Below, piece after piece: positions 18,419 through 25,908 of a stretch of DNA of 64,000 nt. How positions within the stretch are numbered: position 1 is the first letter of the stretch; every line of letters begins with the position of its first letter. The stretch is from an uncultured Candidatus Poseidoniales archaeon (GTDB lineage Archaea; Thermoplasmatota; Poseidoniia; Poseidoniales; Thalassarchaeaceae): positions 66,468 through 130,467 of the forward strand of contig CACELO010000002.1 of the NCBI GenBank assembly GCA_902560445.1, in the 5' to 3' direction. A program made the translations under genes and the position numbers. The notes beneath the pieces are model-generated. The model was not told the DNA's origin. It was given only the letters and a program-made list of their open reading frames with translations, and searched no databases.

Positions 18419-20566
18419 TCAGTCTCTCCGACTAGCCATCGCTGCACCTAGAAGAGCCAGAGCACCAAGTATTGGACCAAATCCTGGCAATACAGGCGGA
18501 GTAGCTGATGATTCTGACGAATACAGGGAAGCCCAGGTATCGTAAAACTCCATCTTGTCAATCTCCTCACCATCATAGTCGCTCCATTCAACAGACACCT
18601 CATCTCCTGGCGAGACCAGTCCGTCCCCATCGTGATCAGTGTAAGTAATCGTAACACCTTCCGCTTCTCCACCGGTTAGTGGGATGCTGAATTCGTTTGT
18701 GCAAGTACTTAGATCCGGCTGAACCATTTGGTCTTGATCCTCGTCATAAAACTCCTCACAGTCGCTGAGGAAGTGAACTTCGAAGTCGGTGATCGGAGCG
18801 TTGAGTGTCTGATTCTCCGCGACAAATCCGGTAGCGTCATTTCGCTCCATACCATCACCATCATCATCACTGTCGTCGTCATCATGGTCATGGTGCCTGT
18901 CAGCATCATCGTGAGTATGATCGGCCCCATCATCATGGTCATGATGATAGTCTCCATCTCCATGGTGGTGGTGACCTGCATCTTCTTCTGTTTCATGATG
19001 GTCGCCATCATCACTGTCGTCGTCATCACTGTCGTCGTCATCAGATAACATGTCCACAATGCCATCGATGAAGCACTGCATCTCGTCGATGTCGATTAGG
19101 TCGCTTCCATCGTAGTCGCAATCTTCGAACAGGATTGAGACCTCGTCGTAATCCAGTTCGGGGTTTGTTGCATTGGAATCCCAGGAATCCTGGAACTCTT
19201 GGAAACTCATGTATCCATCGTCATTTGCATCTACAGATTCCATAGCCTCTTCTGGAGTAGTGGAGCCATCGCCATCATCCTCTGAACCTGACCACTCGTC
19301 TCCGTCCGCAGAGTGCTCGAATTCCTCGCTCTGTCCGAAGTCGTCAGTGCAGTGCCAGTCTGAGTCATGGTATTCACAGTAATACCACCAATTTTCCCAG
19401 TCCTCATCATCCTGAGATATCTTGCACCACCAACGAGAATCCTCTCCTGCATCAGTAGCATCAGAGTAACCCTCCCATTCGCAGTAGCCGTCATGATAAC
19501 TGTCCCAACTGATATGATTGCCATCATCATGGTGGCCGTCGTCATCGTACTCATCGGAACCGTCCTCGCAATTTTCATAGCCGTCATTCACCCAATCCCA
19601 AGGAATCCAAGTATTCCCACCATCGCATGGGAACATCTCTTCTGAGTCGTCATCACCGTGGTCATCGTGGTCGTTGACATCGTTGAATATCTCAGAATCA
19701 AACCAAACTGGAATCGAGGTTCTTGGAAGTGTGTCATCCACCTCGATGACTATTGCATCTCCCCACATCACCTCATACGTTAGTGATGAGGTCGCAGAGC
19801 CGTTGTCGCTTTCTATGCTCATGGACATAAGGTCTTGATTCTGATCTATGTGAATGGTCATAGTAATCTCTGCTCCACCCTCCGTATACTCCATTGTCAT
19901 TGTCTGGGTTTCCATATCATCACTCATAGTGATTGTAATGACTGCGTCTTCTGGTAAGTCACCATCATCATCATCATCATCCCCATCATCATCACCTCCA
20001 TCATTGAAGAGTCCGGCCTGTTCTGCGATTACCTCCAAAACATTGGGGGTTGCATCTCGAGTTTGATAGGAGCCGGTTGTTGCCTCTCCTTGAACCATCA
20101 TTCCGCCCACCAACAGGTGGACATTGACAACCTCGCCGACCTGCACATGAGTATATTCCATTTGCAATAACCCTGCAATTGAAATTGAGTTGTGAACATA
20201 GACTGAGTCATTGTCAAGATCCGCCATTACAATGTCCTCTATCTCGACATCCATCTGCATCCCCAAATCTTGGTTCCACTCGCTCGATGAAATCGACTGA
20301 GAGTATCCTGCCTTCGGACTCTCTTCTAGCATATCTTCGATACTTCCCATATCAGTCATGGCCTCGATGAAAGTCTCCGTGGTGGCTATGTAAATACAGT
20401 CTCCAACTAACTCGGCCGTGGCGTTTTCTTCGTAATTGGCTGCATTCTCGTCCATACATCCTAAGACATCGTCAACAAGTTCTTCCAAATCTTCACCAGA
20501 AAGGCAACCTGCCATTGGAGTAGCTATCAAAATTAGGCTAGCGAGTAAGGCATACGCGCGATTCAT
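18419..20566 (-). CDS. extremely acidic, His/Asp-rich surface protein with an N-terminal lipobox and a C-terminal PGF-CTERM
   Basis: Signal/lipobox 'LILIATPMAGCLSG'. EF-hand loop 'DANDDGYMSFQE'. His/Asp tract. C-terminus 'LPGFGPILGALALLGAAMASRRD'. Confidence 0.8.
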   Translation of the reverse strand: MNRAYALLASLILIATPMAGCLSGEDLEELVDDVLGCMDENAANYEENATAELVGDCIYIATTETFIEAMTDMGSIEDMLEESPKAGYSQSISSSEWNQDLGMQMDVEIEDIVMADLDNDSVYVHNSISIAGLLQMEYTHVQVGEVVNVHLLVGGMMVQGEATTGSYQTRDATPNVLEVIAEQAGLFNDGGDDDGDDDDDDGDLPEDAVITITMSDDMETQTMTMEYTEGGAEITMTIHIDQNQDLMSMSIESDNGSATSSLTYEVMWGDAIVIEVDDTLPRTSIPVWFDSEIFNDVNDHDDHGDDDSEEMFPCDGGNTWIPWDWVNDGYENCEDGSDEYDDDGHHDDGNHISWDSYHDGYCEWEGYSDATDAGEDSRWWCKISQDDEDWENWWYYCEYHDSDWHCTDDFGQSEEFEHSADGDEWSGSEDDGDGSTTPEEAMESVDANDDGYMSFQEFQDSWDSNATNPELDYDEVSILFEDCDYDGSDLIDIDEMQCFIDGIVDMLSDDDDSDDDDSDDGDHHETEEDAGHHHHGDGDYHHDHDDGADHTHDDADRHHDHDDDDSDDDGDGMERNDATGFVAENQTLNAPITDFEVHFLSDCEEFYDEDQDQMVQPDLSTCTNEFSIPLTGGEAEGVTITYTDHDGDGLVSPGDEVSVEWSDYDGEEIDKMEFYDTWASLYSSESSATPPVLPGFGPILGALALLGAAMASRRD
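18851..19045 (-). repeat. GAT/GAC/CAT-rich low-complexity coding tract (Asp/His run)
   Basis: Encodes 'SDDDDSDDDDSDDGDHHETEEDAGHHHHGDGDYHHDHDDGADHTHDDADRHHDHDDDDSDDDGDG'. It generates spurious ORFs in other frames and on the other strand. Confidence 0.8.
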
Positions 20567-20624
20567 TGAACGATTGCAGGAAAACCCCCCTTATCAACAC
20601 AATGTCGGCGTATTAGATGAAAAA

Positions 20625-20709
20625 TGGTGCAGGGGACAGGATTTGAACCTGCGAAGCACTACGCACTGGGACCTAAACCCAGCCCCTTTGACCGCTCGGG
20701 AACCCCTGC
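20625..20709 (-). tRNA. tRNA-Leu (anticodon UAG), class II with a long variable arm, CCA encoded
   Basis: The reverse complement reads GCAGGGG-TT-CCCG...GGG-CTGGG-TTTAGGT-CCCAG-(TGCGTAGTGCTTCGCA)-GGTTCAAATCC-..CCCCTGC-A-CCA. The acceptor, anticodon and T arms all pair. Confidence 0.85.
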
Positions 20710-20807
20710 TTAACATCCGGCCGTAAACTCAAGGTCAAGAATCCAACGGTAGCCAGTTCTTACCCCAAAGAGGTGATAACGGGAGCATTGGGCGATGCGA
20801 TTCAGGG

Positions 20808-21824
20808 GTGCACATGTCACGCATAGGTGTTCTTGGACTGGGCAATTGGGGTACTGCACTAGCAAAGGTCTGGTGTGAAGACGGGCACAATGTGATGGGT
20901 TGGACAATCGAAGCAGAAGTATACGAGTCCTTGATGACCAGCAATATCAACGAAAAGTACCTACCAGGACACGAGATTCAGAGTCTAGACTCCACCATGG
21001 AATTGTCCGATGTTACAGATACTTGCGAGATTCTTGTCTTAGCACTACCCAGTGGTGTAATTCTCTCAGTTGTTAATGAACTGATTCCTTTACTTCGCCC
21101 TTCTCATGTTTTGATTGATCTGGCGAAAGGATTAGCTCCAACATCGGAGAGTGAATCTGGTATGATTTCTCGTGAGATTGAAGACCGACTTTCCGCTGCA
21201 GGTAAATCCAATCCTGTGGTTGTACTAACTGGCCCTACAATCGCTCCCGAAGTAGCTCGAGGAGTAATGACGACTGCCCTAGTTGCCTGCCATGATAGAT
21301 CGGTTGCCGATAGAATCGCAGAGCGACTTTCGACTGAATCACTGGTTCTTACCGCAACGAATGATGTTGAAGGTGCAGAATTATGGGGCGCTTACAAGAA
21401 CACGGTTGCCCTTGCTTGTGGTTTAGTCGATGGTCTAAGAGACGGAATAGGCGGTGACAATCTCAAAGCAGCCCTGGTTCTCGCAGGATTCTCAGAAGGG
21501 ATTACTCTGCTAGACGCAATGGGTGCAAATTCCGGAACAGCATTTGGACCCGCTGGAATCGGAGACTTGTACGTGACTGCAACTAGTCCACGCTCAAGAA
21601 ACCGAACGCTAGGAGAAAAACTTGGTTCTGGAAAATCTCTCGAACAGGCTCTCGCAGAGATGCATATGGTGGCTGAAGGAGTTAGAGCGACTAGGATGTT
21701 CCTTAACCGAGCAGAGAGATTAGAAATTGAGGTACCTTTCCTTTCAGCCTTGGGTAACCTCCTTGATGGAGAGGAAGAAGTTTCAACTGCTGTTCGACGA
21801 ATGGTCGAAGCTTATGGTGTATAA
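20808..21824 (+). CDS. gpsA: NAD(P)H-dependent sn-glycerol-3-phosphate dehydrogenase
   Basis: 'IGVLGLGNWGTALA' Rossmann N-terminus, 'LTGPTIAPEVA', 'AYKNTVALACG', 'MVAEGVRAT', all GpsA-like. The likely start is ATG 20808 or 20814. Confidence 0.85.
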   Translation: MHMSRIGVLGLGNWGTALAKVWCEDGHNVMGWTIEAEVYESLMTSNINEKYLPGHEIQSLDSTMELSDVTDTCEILVLALPSGVILSVVNELIPLLRPSHVLIDLAKGLAPTSESESGMISREIEDRLSAAGKSNPVVVLTGPTIAPEVARGVMTTALVACHDRSVADRIAERLSTESLVLTATNDVEGAELWGAYKNTVALACGLVDGLRDGIGGDNLKAALVLAGFSEGITLLDAMGANSGTAFGPAGIGDLYVTATSPRSRNRTLGEKLGSGKSLEQALAEMHMVAEGVRATRMFLNRAERLEIEVPFLSALGNLLDGEEEVSTAVRRMVEAYGV

Positions 21825-21833
21825 TTTCCAAGT

Positions 21834-22721
21834 TCAATTTCGAGTCCAAGATGGAATGAATACATCTCTCCAATTCGGAGTTGCAAGATATTCTTCCTCG
21901 GTAAAGAATGACCTTGCATAAATCGAAATAAAGTCGATAATTAGAACAACAATGTAGATAATAATCAGGTATGCAAATACCTTGTCATATTGTAAAAATC
22001 TAAGATACAGATCGATGTAATATCCAATTCCTCCTGCACCGACAATGCCGATTACAGTACCAGAACGGAAATTATATTCAAACATGAATATCGAGTGAGA
22101 AATTAGATCATTTGCGGCTTCAGGAATAACTACGTTAACTGCTACTTCCCAACGACTCAAGCCTATTGCATTCGCCGCATCCAAAGGAGTTTTTGTCAGA
22201 CCCTCAATTGATTCATACTGTAATTTTCCAAGATATCCCACTGTGTAAATTGTCATTGCCAGAACGCCAGCTAATGGACCTAAGCCGACTAGAATAACCA
22301 AGAAAATAGCCCAAATCAATGCTGGAAGACTCCTACATGCTGAGATAAGAAAGCGGGTAGGGTAAGATATCCATCGCGGGCTTAAATTTCTTGAAGCCAT
22401 GATTGACAAAGGTAATGTTACAACCATACCAAATACAGTTGCAACAAACGCAATCTTTAGCGTCTCAATAACTCCCTTCCAAGCGGTTGAGCAAGTGAAA
22501 TCGAAAATTGGTTGGGCAGTACAAACAGGATATGTTTGAGGCTCTAGAACGCTCATATCTGGTGGCCAAAGAGACTGAAAGAAGAATCTGACAAGATTAT
22601 CTGGGCCACCTGCTAATCTACCCCAGTCGCCAACCATTCCGTTTAGAATTACAATTGCAAGCAAAAGGAGAATCCATAGCACCAGAGCCATCTTTTCGCC
22701 ATCTACTGCTATCTTCTTCAT
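21834..22721 (-). CDS. ABC importer permease, PhnE family
   Basis: 295 aa, 6 TM. It has the binding-protein-dependent transport motif region 'IEGLTKTPLDAANAIGLSRWEVAVNVVIPEA' and a 4-nt overlap with the ATPase gene. Confidence 0.8.
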   Translation of the reverse strand: MKKIAVDGEKMALVLWILLLLAIVILNGMVGDWGRLAGGPDNLVRFFFQSLWPPDMSVLEPQTYPVCTAQPIFDFTCSTAWKGVIETLKIAFVATVFGMVVTLPLSIMASRNLSPRWISYPTRFLISACRSLPALIWAIFLVILVGLGPLAGVLAMTIYTVGYLGKLQYESIEGLTKTPLDAANAIGLSRWEVAVNVVIPEAANDLISHSIFMFEYNFRSGTVIGIVGAGGIGYYIDLYLRFLQYDKVFAYLIIIYIVVLIIDFISIYARSFFTEEEYLATPNWRDVFIPSWTRN

Positions 22722-23428
22722 GAATTCAACACCACAGCTTTTGGTTTGGTAATGAATGGATTCACTCTTCCATCATCAATAACTAGGAGGCGATTTGCCA
22801 TTGACTTGGCTCTAGAAATATCATGCTCGACAACGATTAATGCTGAATTATTATCTTTCACGTAGCTTGTCACGCTTTCCAAAACCATAGCCAATGTTTC
22901 TTCGTCTAATTCACTCAAAAATTCATCTGCTAGAATTAATCTTGGTCGCTGAGCCAATGTTCTGGCCGTTGCGACTCTTCTCTGTTGGCCACCGGACAAC
23001 CTCCTAATTGGTTCTCTTGACTTTTCCTTAAGCCCCATTTGTTGAATTGCATTGGTAACTCGTTCCTTTCTTTCCTTCCTATCATTAGTTCCAGCTCGAG
23101 CACCCAACATTACATTGTGCCTAACACTTGCATGACGAACTAAACCCAATTTTTGTGGAATATACCCTAGTGCGCCACGGAGAGGTTTCGACGGAATTTC
23201 TGCACCACACACTGTGATCGAACCGGAAATTGGACGTATTAGTCCCGCAATTGTACCAAGTAAAGTTGACTTCCCGATACCAGAAGGGCCCGCTATGGCC
23301 ACTATTTCACCAGGGAATATTTCGAGATTGGGAATACTGACTAAGGGTGATTCAGTTTCATATCCGATTACTATATCTTCGAGGGAGACAATCGGATTTT
23401 CTGAACCCATACCCTCGGACAACTCCAA
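22718..23428 (-). CDS. ABC importer ATP-binding protein, PhnC family
   Basis: Walker A 'GPSGIGKST', signature 'LSGGQQRRVATART', Walker B 'ILADEFLSELD'. Confidence 0.85.
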   Translation of the reverse strand: MELSEGMGSENPIVSLEDIVIGYETESPLVSIPNLEIFPGEIVAIAGPSGIGKSTLLGTIAGLIRPISGSITVCGAEIPSKPLRGALGYIPQKLGLVRHASVRHNVMLGARAGTNDRKERKERVTNAIQQMGLKEKSREPIRRLSGGQQRRVATARTLAQRPRLILADEFLSELDEETLAMVLESVTSYVKDNNSALIVVEHDISRAKSMANRLLVIDDGRVNPFITKPKAVVLNS

Positions 23429-23441
23429 AGCCCCCTTGTAA

Positions 23442-23457
23442 TTTAGGCGGCCCTAAA
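23442..23457. promoter_or_regulatory. 16-bp palindrome TTTAGGCGGCCCTAAA (copy 1 of 4); candidate operator
   Basis: An inverted repeat 14 nt 5' of the phnC-like ATG. ATATAT (23461-23466) lies just upstream on the transcribed strand. Confidence 0.55.
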
Positions 23458-23514
23458 CCAATATATGGTATTGATGGGTTTAGTGATAACAAAATATCTT
23501 ACGAATCAGATAAC

Positions 23515-25611
23515 TTATATCGATTCTTGCAAGAATGAATAGGCTCCGGGTACAACACTTACCACCTCAGATAGCAAGCCAAGATGTTCTTGTGAATTTG
23601 TTCTAACAATCCCTGTACCATCGAGTATATTGTTTAGAATTTCATCACCACAGATTTCCCTATTATTATCTGAATTTACCTTGTGTGTAGAAATATCGTA
23701 ACAACCAGTATATGTTCCAAATCCGGGTCTAGAATAATTCTCTAGATACATCTGATAATTCAAAGTAACTAAGGCGTTGAGAATAGCGGCTCTACTTCTA
23801 GAATCAAGAGTCGAAGGGTTGTACATTACAGATTCACTTGGAGACACACCGACTTGACCCAAAGATAGGTACTGGTCAATTTCCATGCACCAATCTTGAT
23901 TTTCTTGTTCTTCTTGATTACAATTTTCTTCTAGTGCATCTTCTCCGACGAATGCTATTTCACTTACATTTTCGGATAGGCAGCTAATCGCACCTACCTC
24001 TCCCGCAGGGGTGCTTGAAGATGAAAGAAGAGATGATTGATTTCCAAAATAGCCGCGTATTGTTTCGATAATCTCGACATTTTCTTGATTAGGCGAATAA
24101 TACTCATTTTCAATTAGATAATGAATAGGAAGAATTGTGTGAATTGGAGATTGAGAACCGGTGAAGCAAGACACTCTTCCCTGCATCATTGCAAATGGAT
24201 CGGTGCTAGATTCATTGTCTGAACTTGCGGTAGCCAATTCTCCTAAATTTGAGACTAAGGCCATAGAATACCGCTGAGTCAATTGATCTTTGTTTTGTAT
24301 GGCTCCTAGAACTGATAGATTATGTAATTTCCATCCAATTAACGAAGAAGATGAAGGAAGAAATCCAATATGAGCCTCGCCTGTTTCAATTGATTCAATC
24401 ATTTCTGATTGAGAATTAACATAGTGAATTGAAACATTAATTCCTAATTCTATGGATAAAAATTCGGCTAAATGAATCGGGTCACTATTGGTTTCTAATT
24501 TTGATTCATCTAGTTCAAATGCAACAATTAATTCTTCTATTGTTATTGTTATTGATTGACTTCCATTGTCGGTATAATAAGCTGAAATCCCAGGGATATT
24601 CGAAACCAGAGGCGTGTATATACCAAGATGAGATTCAGAATCTGTAGAAACTACACCCTTTGTCCCTAGTGTGTTGTAGAGAATTTCGCTGTAATCCTCG
24701 TTTGAACTAAAGTCAATTAGAAAATCCGTAAGTTCACTGATTACTAAATCATCATCAAAATTAGAATGAGTCATGAAAACATCACTGGGGGTCTTAGCGA
24801 ATGGTTCGAGAGAAACATATCTCGAGGCATCCAAACACCATTCTTCGACATTATTTCCATTTTCTGTGGTGCAGTATTGAGAGGCCGTGTTATCCTTCGC
24901 AAATGCAACCTCACCGGAACCATCTGAAAGACATCTTAGAGCCCCTGAAAATCCATAGTACTGTGTGCCAGGTTCCGGAATTGATGAGTTTTCGTTAAAG
25001 AATTGAAAAATTGTATTTCTTAGAGATTCGATATCATTTGGATCGCCAATTACATTTGCATACCCCAATCCAAGGAAGAATCCCATTGGAACCATCATTC
25101 CTGTTGAGTGTAACCAACCCGTATGGCAGGAAGTTTTGCCTTGCATCAGTGAGAATGGATTTGTTAGCGGATCATCGTCAAAATATGCTTCTGCGATATC
25201 GCTATCGTCGAGAACCCAAGCGAGAGAATTGTAGTATGTCCTGCCGTCTGATTTTTGGTCCGCTGCAAAAGCCTGCAAACCGTATTGATTCCACCCAATC
25301 CAAGCAGCACCGCTATCCATTAGAGCGATGTCGGCATTTCCAAACCTTAGTGCCTCGAGTATCGCTGCTTCTGAATCAACGGCATATATTGTAAAATCAA
25401 ATCTACTGTTTTGGGTAAGAATTTCTGCCAGCATCTCAGGATTAGTTTCTGACTCAAGCATACCTTCGGACACTTCGAATGCCAGAACAATGGGAGTTCT
25501 TGTTTGATTATTTGATTCTTCAGAATCACTCAAGCAACCAGAGAGAGTGCTAGAAAGCAGGATAATGGTATAACAAATGACCAGTATTTTGTAATGTCTT
25601 TTTGTCGGCAT
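23515..25611 (-). CDS. bilobal transferrin-like/PhnD-superfamily substrate-binding lipoprotein (two tandem PBP-type lobes)
   Basis: Lipobox 'STLSGCLSD'. Lobe 1 (about aa 40-345) and lobe 2 (about aa 350-698) are paralogous to each other and to the 28476..29546 protein. Lobe 1 carries 'TSCHTGWLHSTGMMVPMG' and 'YYGFSGALRCLSDGSGEVAFAKD'. Confidence 0.8.
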   Translation of the reverse strand: MPTKRHYKILVICYTIILLSSTLSGCLSDSEESNNQTRTPIVLAFEVSEGMLESETNPEMLAEILTQNSRFDFTIYAVDSEAAILEALRFGNADIALMDSGAAWIGWNQYGLQAFAADQKSDGRTYYNSLAWVLDDSDIAEAYFDDDPLTNPFSLMQGKTSCHTGWLHSTGMMVPMGFFLGLGYANVIGDPNDIESLRNTIFQFFNENSSIPEPGTQYYGFSGALRCLSDGSGEVAFAKDNTASQYCTTENGNNVEEWCLDASRYVSLEPFAKTPSDVFMTHSNFDDDLVISELTDFLIDFSSNEDYSEILYNTLGTKGVVSTDSESHLGIYTPLVSNIPGISAYYTDNGSQSITITIEELIVAFELDESKLETNSDPIHLAEFLSIELGINVSIHYVNSQSEMIESIETGEAHIGFLPSSSSLIGWKLHNLSVLGAIQNKDQLTQRYSMALVSNLGELATASSDNESSTDPFAMMQGRVSCFTGSQSPIHTILPIHYLIENEYYSPNQENVEIIETIRGYFGNQSSLLSSSSTPAGEVGAISCLSENVSEIAFVGEDALEENCNQEEQENQDWCMEIDQYLSLGQVGVSPSESVMYNPSTLDSRSRAAILNALVTLNYQMYLENYSRPGFGTYTGCYDISTHKVNSDNNREICGDEILNNILDGTGIVRTNSQEHLGLLSEVVSVVPGAYSFLQESI

Positions 25612-25908
25612 TGATCAAAACCTCTGTCTACCCGACTCTTGCTCAGGATGCTGATTTTTCAATGTTAGTCCTGAAGGAAATAACATAATTTTCAGTTTAA
25701 TCCTGGTGTTGACAGGGGAACCTGTGATGTGTACAGATGCTCCTATGTGACGCTGTTAGAGTCCCCCGTGCCAACGGGTATTGCCAATGCTATTGGCTAA
25801 GGTTGTTGACAGGGGGCCTATTGCGTTCGAATACGAAATTCGAATGTAGGTGTCAGGCGCTGATACGCCCCCTGCCAACTGTTTTGTCTTATCGACTGGT
25901 TACGTACT

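Noticed and set aside
18709-19645. Several 69-118-aa ORFs on both strands inside the 715-aa acidic protein gene (for example 18709..19065-, 18728..19048+, 19231..19587-, 19367..19645+).
   Set aside because: They are alternative-frame or antisense readings of GAT/GAC/CAT-rich low-complexity DNA. Their products are M/T/I/V-rich nonsense with no motifs. The long frame has a signal peptide, an EF-hand and a PGF-CTERM.
20436-20950. ORFs 20436..20726+, 20710..20907- and 20735..20950- around the tRNA-Leu/gpsA junction.
   Set aside because: They overlap the tRNA-Leu gene or the gpsA 5' region and have no motifs. The tRNA fold and the GpsA frame explain the sequence.
25612-25908. The idea that the structured 297-bp intergenic region is the SRP (7S) RNA or a known riboswitch.
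   Set aside because: The size is suggestive, and a GGAA tetraloop hairpin is present. However, I could not find the conserved SRP helix-8 asymmetric-loop motifs or Alu-domain UGUNR motif, or any riboswitch core I recognise. It is kept only as an unclassified structured region.
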